64,000 nucleotides of DNA, taken from positions 1 to 64,000 of the forward strand of contig CAVSJV010000007.1 in NCBI GenBank assembly GCA_963728405.1, read 5' to 3'. Below are positions 33,236 through 42,379 of this stretch, in pieces (position 1 is the first letter of the stretch; each line of letters starts with the position of its first letter). This DNA is from Methanomassiliicoccaceae archaeon. GTDB taxonomy: Archaea > Thermoplasmatota > Thermoplasmata > Methanomassiliicoccales > Methanomassiliicoccaceae. The notes below the pieces were generated by a model that saw nothing but the letters and a program-made list of their open reading frames with translations, was not told where the DNA came from and made no database searches. The position numbers and the translations under genes were made by a program.

Positions 33236-34021
33236 CTAGTACACCGCCCGGCGAAACAGGGCCAGGCTGGCGGAGAGGGTGATCAGCCCGATCACCACGA
33301 TGATCAGCAGCGCTTGACCGATGGCGTCCCATTCGAACCCTCGGATGATCAGGCCCTGCAACGCATTGGCGATGTAGGTGATGGGATTGACCGTCGCGAC
33401 AGCCTGCACCCACGTTGGTAGCAGCTGCTTGGGCATCACCGCGGTGGAGAGGAACAGCAGGGGGAAGGTGGTCAGCAGCCCTATGGACAAAGTGGTCTCC
33501 GTTTTCTTGGTGGCCAGTCCCACATAGAGCGAGATGCCCGACCAGGCGACGCCGAACGCCATCGCCAGGAAGAGTATAAGGAGGATGCCCAAGAACCCCG
33601 TGGCGATGTTCACCCCTACCAGCAGGGCCAACGCTATGATGATGGCCACCTGGAGCACGATGCTGACTCCATCGCTCAGCACCTTGCCCAACAAGATGGA
33701 CGATTTTTTAATGGGAGCTACCTTCATCTTGTCCAGATAGCCGCTCTCAATATCATTGACCATGCCTATGCCAGACTGTAATGCCGCCGATGCTACGGTC
33801 TGGATGATCACCGCGGCGGTGAAGAAGGTGATGTAGGACGAGGTCCCGGTGAGCTGGGCGAACCCGGGGAAACTGCCGATGGCCGAGAATGCCTGGGTGA
33901 ACAGGAGGAACCAGACCAATGGTTGAATCAGGGAGAAGAACAGGAAGATGGGCTGCCGCCGCAGCTTGATGATCCATCGTCGGAAGACGGTGTCGATCTC
34001 CGAGAACCGTTCCATGTTCAT
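33236..34021 (-). CDS. ABC-2 type exporter permease (DrrB-like)
   Basis: SLIQPLVWFLLF, DIESGYLDKM..AP, FPLLFLS..P...LP.W...A..NPITY. Confidence 0.92.
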   Translation of the reverse strand: MNMERFSEIDTVFRRWIIKLRRQPIFLFFSLIQPLVWFLLFTQAFSAIGSFPGFAQLTGTSSYITFFTAAVIIQTVASAALQSGIGMVNDIESGYLDKMKVAPIKKSSILLGKVLSDGVSIVLQVAIIIALALLVGVNIATGFLGILLILFLAMAFGVAWSGISLYVGLATKKTETTLSIGLLTTFPLLFLSTAVMPKQLLPTWVQAVATVNPITYIANALQGLIIRGFEWDAIGQALLIIVVIGLITLSASLALFRRAVY

Positions 34022-35043
34022 TGGTCTCGCCTCCTGCGACCCCAGCCCGTTCCTTTTTGGCCATCCTTCCTCTCGACCACCTTTAGGGTCTTTCCGGTCA
34101 GCTTGAGGAACACATCGTCCAGGGTGGGCGTGGCCAGGGTGAGCTTTTCCACCGCGATCCCCTGGTTATCCAGGCCTCTCACCACCTGGGGCATGGCCCG
34201 GGAACCATTGGGCACCACCAATACGAGGCCGTTCTCGCATAGATCGTCCGTGAGGCAATCCCTTACCTCCTTTACCTCGGGGATCTGACCGAGGATCTCC
34301 TTGGCCCGGGAGAGCACGGCGGGGTCCTCGCTCTTGAGATTGATCAGGATGGTGTCCGCGCCGATCTGCGATTTGAGCTCTTCAGCGACCCCCTCGGCGA
34401 CGATCTTCCCCTGATCGATGATGCACAGCCGGTCGGCCAAGCGGTCCGCCTCTTCCATATACTGGGTGGTCAGAAAGATGGTGGTCCCCTGGCGGTTCAA
34501 CAAACGGATGTAGTCCCATAGCTCATTGCGGCTCTTGGGGTCCAGCCCGGTGGTCGGTTCATCGAGAAAGAGCACCCTGGGGTCGGACACCAGCGCGGTG
34601 GCGAGGTCCAGGCGCTTTCTCATGCCGCCCGAGAAGGTGGAAAGCCTCCGGTCACCGGCGGCGACCAGGTCCACGGTCTTCAGCAGGTCCTCCGTTCTTT
34701 GGGTGGCCTGATCCTTCGACAGGTGATAATAGCGGGCCTGGATCCATAGATTCTCACGGGCGGTGAGGTCGTTATCGACCCCCACTTCCTGGGAGGCGTA
34801 GCCAATGATCCGCCTGATTGCCTCCGCATCATGATCGACATCGATGCCATCGATGGTGACGGTTCCAGCGGTCTTTTTTATCAGGGTCGTGAGTATCTTG
34901 ATGGTGGTGCACTTCCCCGCCCCGTTCGGTCCCAAGAAACCAAAGATCTCGCCTCTTCGGACGTTGAAGGCGATATCATCGACGGCGACGATGTCCGAGC
35001 CAAAGGTCTTTTGAAGGCCGGTGACCTTGATGATGTCGTCCAT
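34018..35043 (-). CDS. ABC exporter ATP-binding protein (DrrA-like)
   Basis: GPNGAGK, FSGGMRKRL, FLDEPTTGLDP, TTQYMEEAD, PTLDDVF. Confidence 0.95.
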   Translation of the reverse strand: MDDIIKVTGLQKTFGSDIVAVDDIAFNVRRGEIFGFLGPNGAGKCTTIKILTTLIKKTAGTVTIDGIDVDHDAEAIRRIIGYASQEVGVDNDLTARENLWIQARYYHLSKDQATQRTEDLLKTVDLVAAGDRRLSTFSGGMRKRLDLATALVSDPRVLFLDEPTTGLDPKSRNELWDYIRLLNRQGTTIFLTTQYMEEADRLADRLCIIDQGKIVAEGVAEELKSQIGADTILINLKSEDPAVLSRAKEILGQIPEVKEVRDCLTDDLCENGLVLVVPNGSRAMPQVVRGLDNQGIAVEKLTLATPTLDDVFLKLTGKTLKVVERKDGQKGTGWGRRRRDQ

Positions 35044-35322
35044 GGTCTCATCCCGTTCTAATGCATCGACTCAAGCGCTGAGGTTTCACGCCTGGCCGAG
35101 GAGCAGTGATATCGCTGGTCGATGATCCGGGGGCGTTCTCTCTGGCCGGGAGCATACTATCGACAATCGATGCATGCTATGGATATTAAAGAGTTAGCCT
35201 TTTTCATCATTCGGTCTCCTCCATCGCCGCCCTTCACGTATTCCTCACGGATCGAGACCCACCAGCCCCGATGCGGGAAGGAATAAATAGCGCCAGCCAG
35301 CCCAGTATATTGGTTGGTAAAA

Positions 35323-35709
35323 ATGGCCATGCACGAGCATCCCCACGAGGAGCTGGTGCTGGGATTGGAGGACCAATTCTCCCAGATCATGAGCGAATCA
35401 CCACAGGCCATCATCATCTACCTCGATGACCTCCATAAGATGTGCAACAGGAATTTCGCGGAAATGCTCGGGTATGGGTCTCCCGAAGAATGAGCGGAGA
35501 TGAATACCCCGGTCACCGACACCACCGCGGACACCAGGAACAACCCGATCACGGCGGTCATGGGGGCGTTGCAGGACAAGATCGCTTCGAGCACCCAGGT
35601 CTCGTGGAGAAGAAAGACCGGCGAGGTGGTCAGGACGAACCGCATCACCGTGCCTAGGTCCATCCGGGGACAGTCCTACGCCGTGCACTTCTTTACGGTC
35701 ATCGAGTGA
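35323..35709 (+). pseudogene. Small stand-alone PAS-like protein with an in-frame TGA at 35491
   Basis: A single frame from ATG 35323 reads MAMHEHPHEE..SPQAIIIYLDDLHKMCNRNFAEMLGYGSPEE*AEM..HFFTVIE. Confidence 0.65.
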
Positions 35710-35946
35710 TCCACCGGCCGTTGGCAGGAAAAGAAGAACGACCCTGGGGTCGGAATGTTCGATGTTACGAACAGGGCCGCTTAATAACGAAAGTATATAT
35801 TAGGATGGAATAAAAGGTAGTGATGCCTAGGTGTACAAAGGGGATAGGCTCGCCGCATGGCGAGGGCAGTGAGAGGTCCCGGACCAAGAGAACCGGTCGA
35901 ACGCGGCCCCCATGCCGCGGCGATCCTCGAGGTGTTCCGCAGCGGG

Positions 35947-37027
35947 ATGAACAAAGCGATGGCGAACGGACAGGACCGATCTCTCCTCACAGTAGTTCTG
36001 GTGGTGGCCGGCCATGGTCGTGGTGCTGGCGGGACTCAAGTTCGGCTCTATCGTCCTGGGCCCCATCTTCCTCTCGGTGTTCTTTGCCATGATATTGGCC
36101 CCGGTGCTGAAGTGGTTCACTCGCCGGGGGATGCCCACCGGCGGGCCCTGGTGCTCACGATGTTCATCGTCGTCGTCCTGGGAGTGGCGGTGATCGCATT
36201 TCTCGTCCTTACCCTGATCGGACTGAAGGACCAATATCCAGCTACGAGAGCGCTTCGCCCAGACCGCTGACCAGTATCGCTCTCTCTTCCAGATCATTAG
36301 CTTCCAATGTCCGGCTAACCCAGGTCACCACGATCCTCATCGACGGCGTGTTCGTCCTCTTCGCCACGCTCTTCCTGCTGATGGAGCTTCCACGGATTCC
36401 ATGCGAGCATGGTGGCCCGGCTGGGCGTCGACCATGTGGTGGTCGGGGCACGGAGGAACTGTACCACGATATCATCGATTACTTCATAGTCCGGATAAAG
36501 ATCAATTTCTATATCAGCATAGGGGCCGTCGCGGTGCTTTTGGTGCTGGGGATAGCCCTATGCGCTCCTATGGGGACTGATGGCCTTCGCGCTGAGCTTC
36601 GTACCTTACATAGGCTATCTGATGGCGGCCATCCCGCCGATCCTCTAGCGTGGGTCCAGTATGGCTGATGGGAGCGGTGGCGGTCCTCTTGCTCTATGGC
36701 CTCATCAATGTCATCGCCGAGAACCTTATCTTCCCACAGCTGGCGGGTAAGGTGCTGGCCGTCCCCATATATGTGGTGTTCGTCTCTGTCTTCTTCTGGG
36801 GGTGGGTCCTGGGTTTGTCCGGCGTCCTCATGGCCGTTCCGTTGACCATGGCCGCGATGATATTCTTCGGCAGTTCGAGGAAACGGCATGGCTGGTCCCC
36901 TTCTTCAGGGGGGGGCGGACAAAGAGGAGAAGAAAAGCCTGCTCTGGAGGAGGGCCCCCTAGATGCCACCCCACCCTATGGTCCTGGCGTGGGTTCTACT
37001 GGGGCCTTTCTATATATTTCCGGATGA
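35947..37027 (+). pseudogene. AI-2E family transporter, heavily disrupted
   Basis: Fragments GPIFLSVFFAMILAPV.KW..RRG, FIVRIKINF, LSFVPYIG, EN.IFPQL.G, VFVSVFFWGWVLG.SGVLMAVPLT fall in different frames; an internal deletion is likely. Confidence 0.75.
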
Positions 37028-37030
37028 GAA

Positions 37031-37221
37031 GATGTGCAATTGACATCCAATTCGAGAGTTTTGCGCGATCGTTTCACTTATGCGTGAGAGTTGACATTGA
37101 AATTGACCAAATTACTTGATATAATTAGATATATGTCTAGAAAAGCGATGGAGCTTGTCAATTTTTAACTAGATGATGGAGTTTGGTAATGGTATTAGAC
37201 AATTGCACAATAATATATAAG
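37031..37221 (+). promoter_or_regulatory. Archaeal promoter with palindromic operator-like sites
   Basis: AT-rich region with BRE/TATA-like aataaTATATAAG (37209-37221), near-palindrome gatgtgcaattgacatc (37031-37047) and an inverted copy tagacaattgcacaa (37196-37210). Confidence 0.55.
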
Positions 37222-37243
37222 TTCCAATTCGACAATGCGGGCT

Positions 37244-37516
37244 ACCAAACCGACCCACGGTACTGAAGGTTGAAGCCCGCCTCGGGGGTCTCGCGGGCAA
37301 CACGAAGGCCGTGCCGGAATGAGCGATCCGTCGCAGGAGGGGGCCCGTAAAGGCTCTCGTGAACGTTCTGGAAACCGATCGCTTTCATTTCTGGCATGTC
37401 TTCTGCAATCTGGAAAGTCGCGCATGACATGTACGACTTCCTCGGTATCGTTCACTGTTCGAGGGGACCGCTAGAACAGAGCAGTACGCATGTACATTTA
37501 CAAGGAGGATGTCAGT
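37244..37516 (+). ncRNA. Candidate structured 5' leader / cis-regulatory RNA of the glutamate synthase operon
   Basis: Lies between the TATA box and the AAGGAGG SD. Helices found by eye: 37249-53/37442-46, 37269-80/37293-301, 37304-28/37377-403, 37339-45/37352-58, 37412-20/37434-41 and 37455-60/37474-79. Confidence 0.5.
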
Positions 37517-39515
37517 ATGAACGCCGCTTCATCTGACCAGGTCAACACCCCTGAGAATGCAAGATCGCCCGATCCGTGGAAGGTCCATCAGAACGCCAAG
37601 GACCTATTCCCTGAGCACGATGAGGCGCTTCAAGGCAAGCTCGCCAAAGAGATCGCCTCATTGAATATTCCTGACCTAAGGATCCTTTCAGCCATAGGGG
37701 CGAAGTCCCTTTATGCGCGCGACCAGGCGGACGTGCCGGAAATGATGAAGTCGGTATTGTTCGATTCCATGCCCGACGTCGTCGTTCAGCCATTCTCGAT
37801 CGATGCCATCCAGAAAGTTATGGGATATGCAACGGCGAACAAGGTCCCCGTGATCGTTCGAGGGGCCGGTTCTTCACCCTTCGGTGGCTCCATGCCCGTG
37901 ACGGGCGGCATCGTCCTGGACATGAACACACTGGACCAGATATTGGAATTTGATGCGGCCAGCGCTACGGTCAAAGTGCAGGCGGGCATGCGCTGGGCAG
38001 ATCTCGAGTGGTTCCTCGAGAAGGAAGATCTGAGCGTACGTTCATCGCCGTCGAGCAGGTTCTCCACCGTCGGTGGCTGGGTCGCCGCGGGAGGTATCGG
38101 TATAGGCAGCGTTTCCGCTGGAAGACTGATCGCATCGGTGACCTCCCTAGATATCGTGACCGCACCAGGCGATGTAAGGACCATAGCCCCCGGAGACCCG
38201 CTGTTCAAGCCGCTGTTCGGAAGCGAAGGGCAGGTCGCGGTCATCGCAGCCGTCACTCTAAAGCTCAAGCAGAGACCGTCCCTGACAGTTCCCCAAGCTG
38301 GTCTTCTTCACCGATCATGCCTCGGCCATGGATTATGCTATCAGCCTGGCCACGGCGGAAAAGAAGCCACTAGACCTGACCTACTACAGCCCGGCCAAGT
38401 TCAAGAGGTTCAATCAGGTGCTCCATCGCGAGGACTATCCAGAGGCCCACGGCCTCCTGATCACCTATGAGGGCGAGAAGGACCCCGCGATCGGTGCGGT
38501 CCCTCTGCCGAAGTCGGCGAAGGTCGCCCAACCTTATCTCTCCCACCTGATGTGCAACGAGCGGTACTTCCCCATGAAGTTCAGGAAGCTCGGTCCGGGC
38601 CTCATGGGCTCGGAGGTCCTGGCCCCGAAGGCCAACATGTCCAAGATCGTTGGTAAGGCGTTAGAGATCTGCGAAAGGCACCAGATCGAGCCGATGCTGG
38701 AGATACATTTCCTGGACAACGGGGATGGGATGCTCCTGTGCTACTACATCACCGACCAGGCTCGGCAGCTGAAGTATATGATGGACTCGTTCCGGGGGCT
38801 CCTGATCAGCAAGGCCCTGTACGACGAGGGGGCCAAACCTTACTCGTTCGGCGTGTGGAACCATTCCTTCATAGATCAGGGCGACCCTCAAGAGATGGCG
38901 GAGCTGGCCCATGCCAAGAAGGAACTCGATCCTAAGAACATCATGAACCGCGGCAAGTATCCTCGCCTGGGTGGTAAGCTGGGCGGCCTGCCGGCGGCAT
39001 TGTTCAGCCCCGGGGTCCTCGGTTCGGCATTGAGGGCGGTCAACACCTTGGGCTCGATCTCTGCTGTCGGGATCAAGGCCATCGCCTCAGGGGAACTGAT
39101 GGTCAGGAAGAACGATGACATCCTCCTCTCCGCTGCGGACGAGTGCGCCATGTGCGGGGCTTGTGTAGGGGTCTGCCCGGCCTACTTGATAACCAAGGAC
39201 GAGCGCGTCACGGCGAGAGGCAAGCTCCTCACCGCCCGACAGATGGCCAAGGGCGAAGGAGTGAGCAAGGAGCACGCCCACATCACTTTCCTGTGCATGC
39301 GCTGCAAGGCCTGCGAGCAGGTATGCCAATCGAAGCTGTCCCTGGTGCCATTATATGATGAGCTGGAGAAGAGGCTGGCCGCGAAGTATGGCAAGGACGA
39401 CGAACAGGTCAAGCGCTTCATCGAACTGGCCGAGAACTCCGCTCAATACGACGCCCTGGTGGACCGGGGATTGGTGCTCGGCGCTGCCGGCAAGAACGTG
39501 GAAGGAGGCGAATAA
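37517..39515 (+). CDS. FAD-linked oxidoreductase (GlcD/type 4 fold) with C-terminal 2x[4Fe-4S] domain, frameshift at ~38295
   Basis: PDVVVQP, RGAGSS..GG, STVGGWVA.GG.G, GSEG, DPKNIMNRGK, CAMCGACVGVCP and CMRCKACEQVC. Confidence 0.88.
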
Positions 39516-39516
39516 G

Positions 39517-40878
39517 ATGTACCATCACTATCACATTCCCAAGAAGGAGCTCCCCCAGCCCCCAAAGCCGTTCGGCAAGATGGCGGTGGTCCGGAGCGAC
39601 CGATGCATGAACTGCGGGCGTTGCGTTGATGCCTGTGTCTACACCGTGCACGAGCGGTCGCCGACCGACCCGCGCCTGATGGCCGAACCGAAGAACCACC
39701 TGTGCAAGAACTGCCTGAGATGCGTGGAGACCTGCCCCCAGAGGGCGCTGACGGTAAAGCTCTCACCAGAATACCAGGCGCTCGGGGAAGGGATCTGGAC
39801 GCCGACCCGCGTGTCGACCATCTGGAACGAATCCCAGACCGGAAAGCTGCCCGTGTTCGGTGCCGGGTACCGCGGCATGTTCGCCGGTCCTGGCTACGAT
39901 TCGATGTGGACGGACATGTCCGAGATCGTACGGCCGACCAGGGATGGCATTCACGGCAGGGAGTACATATCGACCACCGTGGACCTGGGGCCTCGGGTCG
40001 ATCATCTGGAGTTCGATCCTTCCGGCAAACTGCTCACCAAGATGCCCAAGTTCGTCGAGGTGCCGTTGCCTATGCTCATGGACGTCAGTCGGCTCCCCGA
40101 CCTGGTCTCCGCCCCCTTCGAGGGACTTATCAAGGCGGCTAGCACCCTGGGAACCGTCCTTTTCTTCCCCGCGGAAGCAAAGATCCCGGAAGGCATCGGC
40201 GAGGCCAGCCAATGCCTGGCCCCGGTGTTCTCGCCCCGAAATACGGCGGCCCCCACGGTCCGGTCCCCGAAGATCGTGGAGTTGGAGCTGTCCTTGGATT
40301 GGAAGAACGACCTGGCGTCCCTGAGGTCCCGGTTCCCCGACTCCATCATCGGCGTCCGGGTCGAGGTCACGGAACGGATCGAGGAGATGGCAATAGATCT
40401 CGTCACCGCGGGGGTGGACATATTGCATCTACTGTACGATGAACAGGGTCGGGAGAAAGGGACCGGGCGTCTTGCCAAGGACTCCCTGCTCTCGATCAAC
40501 AAGGCACTGGCCCAGAGATCACTGCGTGAGTCCGTCAGCATACTATCGGCAGGAGGCCTCGCGGCGGCCGAGCATGTGCCCAAGAGCGTCATCTGTGGGG
40601 CCGACGCCGTGGTCCTGGAACAGGCGTTAAAGGTAGCTCTGGGCTGCCATGCCGGACCCACCTGCACAGTATGCCCCATGAACAACGGGAACATCACCAC
40701 CGATTTCGCCTACTGGAGGGTTGTTAACATGATCGGCGCGTGGAGGGACCAGCTGTTAGAGGTCATGGGCGCGATGGGAATTAGGGAAGCGAGGCGCCTG
40801 CGCGGGGAGACCGGCCGGGCGATATTCTACGAGGACGCGGAGAAGGATGCCTTTGCCAACATTCAGGGAGGTGCCTGA
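39517..40878 (+). CDS. Ferredoxin + degenerate glutamate-synthase FMN-barrel (GltB2-like) protein
   Basis: CMNCGRCVDAC, CKNCLRCVETCP, GAGYRG, AGGL...H..K...CGAD, LLEVMGAMG..LRGE; the canonical FMN-domain motifs are missing. Confidence 0.8.
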   Translation: MYHHYHIPKKELPQPPKPFGKMAVVRSDRCMNCGRCVDACVYTVHERSPTDPRLMAEPKNHLCKNCLRCVETCPQRALTVKLSPEYQALGEGIWTPTRVSTIWNESQTGKLPVFGAGYRGMFAGPGYDSMWTDMSEIVRPTRDGIHGREYISTTVDLGPRVDHLEFDPSGKLLTKMPKFVEVPLPMLMDVSRLPDLVSAPFEGLIKAASTLGTVLFFPAEAKIPEGIGEASQCLAPVFSPRNTAAPTVRSPKIVELELSLDWKNDLASLRSRFPDSIIGVRVEVTERIEEMAIDLVTAGVDILHLLYDEQGREKGTGRLAKDSLLSINKALAQRSLRESVSILSAGGLAAAEHVPKSVICGADAVVLEQALKVALGCHAGPTCTVCPMNNGNITTDFAYWRVVNMIGAWRDQLLEVMGAMGIREARRLRGETGRAIFYEDAEKDAFANIQGGA

Positions 40879-40879
40879 G

Positions 40880-42379
40880 ATGTGCGCTGTGTCAACGCCG
40901 ATCGTGGACGAGGGTTTCGACCAGGTGCCGTCCCGCCTGCTGCAGAGGATGAGCCGGTACAGCGTTACCAGGGCCGAGAGCTGCATCAACTGCGGCCTCT
41001 GTGCATCCCTATGTCCATATGGTGTGCACAAGCGGATCGAGGGCCACATCAAAATGCTCATACCGGCCGAAGCCCGTTGCATCGGTGCGAGCTGCTCGTC
41101 GAACGCTTTCTACTGTGTCAAGAATTGTCCGACCCAATCGCTGCAGCTCGCACCTAACCCCATCTTCGCCAGCATGGGCGATCCCAGATGGACCCCCGAC
41201 ATGATACTGGCGACCTGGGGACAGGCGGAGACCGGTCAGCCCATATCGCTGGACCATTTCACCCAGACGGGCAATTGCGGAGGCGGGTTCGATCGGATCA
41301 AGTTCCCGCTGCCGCCGATGAGGGGCAACTTCGAACCTGAAGAGATCTCCACGGCCATCGATCTCAACCACCGGAAGACTGGCCAGAAGATCAAGATCGA
41401 CATACCTGTCTACGGTGGGGGTATGTCGTTCGGTTCGATCAGCAAGCGGACCATGATCGCCCGGGCCATGACCGCCAAGGAATGGAACACCTTCACCTGC
41501 ACCGGGGAGGGCGGTTATCCGGACATCCTGGTCCCGTACAAGGAGCATGTCATCACCCAGATCGCCACCGGCCTTTTCGGTGTCCGGGAGGAGACCATCA
41601 AGCGCGCCCCGATAGTCGAGTTCAAATACGCTCAAGGGGCCAAGCCCGGTCTGGGGGGCCATCTACTTTATGAGAAGAACACCCCCGAGGTGGCCAAGAT
41701 GAGGGAGGCGGTGCCATACACCAGCCTGTTCTCTCCCTTCCCGTTCCACAGCGTCTACTCGGTCGAGGACCACAAGAAGCACCTCGACTGGATACACTCG
41801 ATAAATCCGAGAGCGTTATTGTCGGTCAAGGTGTCCACGCCCAACGACGTGGAGATGGTAGTGGTAGGGAGCTACTATGCGGGCGCCAACATCGTCCACC
41901 TGGACGGAGGCTACGGCGGCACCGGGGCCGCTCCGGAGATCGCCAAGAAGAACATCGCCCAGCCGATAGAGTACGCCATCCCCAAGGTGCACCGCTTCCT
42001 GGAGAAGGAGGGGATCAGAGAGGAGGTGACGCTTATTGCCAGCGGCGGCATGCGGACCGCCATGGACATCGCCAAGGCGATCGCCCTGGGCGCGGACGGC
42101 GTCGTCATCGGCACCGCCGAGATGGTGGCGATGGGCTGCGTCCGGTGCGCGAACTGTGAGAGCGGCCGCGGCTGCCCCCGCGGGATCGCCACCACTGACA
42201 AGGAGCTCGAACTGCAGAACGAGATACCGACCCAGGCAAGGAGGCTCTCTAACCTCTACCGCTCCTGGCAGATGCAGTGGAAGGAACTGCTCCACCGGCT
42301 GGAGATGAAGGACATAAGGGAGCTGAGGGGCCGCATGGACCTGCTCCGTTACGATGGTGTCCCCGGGAGGCTGAAGTAA
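40880..42379 (+). CDS. Archaeal-type glutamate synthase FMN-binding subunit with N-terminal ferredoxin (GltB2)
   Basis: GGMSFGSIS, TGEGG, QIATGLFGV, KYAQGAKPGLGGHL, DGGYGGTGAA, SGGMR, ALGAD, CVRCANCESGRGCPRGI. Confidence 0.93.
   Translation: MCAVSTPIVDEGFDQVPSRLLQRMSRYSVTRAESCINCGLCASLCPYGVHKRIEGHIKMLIPAEARCIGASCSSNAFYCVKNCPTQSLQLAPNPIFASMGDPRWTPDMILATWGQAETGQPISLDHFTQTGNCGGGFDRIKFPLPPMRGNFEPEEISTAIDLNHRKTGQKIKIDIPVYGGGMSFGSISKRTMIARAMTAKEWNTFTCTGEGGYPDILVPYKEHVITQIATGLFGVREETIKRAPIVEFKYAQGAKPGLGGHLLYEKNTPEVAKMREAVPYTSLFSPFPFHSVYSVEDHKKHLDWIHSINPRALLSVKVSTPNDVEMVVVGSYYAGANIVHLDGGYGGTGAAPEIAKKNIAQPIEYAIPKVHRFLEKEGIREEVTLIASGGMRTAMDIAKAIALGADGVVIGTAEMVAMGCVRCANCESGRGCPRGIATTDKELELQNEIPTQARRLSNLYRSWQMQWKELLHRLEMKDIRELRGRMDLLRYDGVPGRLK

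Noticed and set aside
37316-37329. NrpR operator-like GGAA-tgagcg-ATCC
   Set aside because: One mismatch, single copy, and it lies inside a predicted RNA helix about 100 bp from the TATA box.
37244-37490. Leader as SRP RNA, RNase P RNA or a SECIS element
   Set aside because: It lacks the SRP helix-8 CAGG..GGAA..AGCA motif. The RNase P-like words ggaaagtc and gaacaga are only ~60 nt apart with no P4 complement. The GAA bulge is SECIS-like, but no operon gene needs UGA readthrough.
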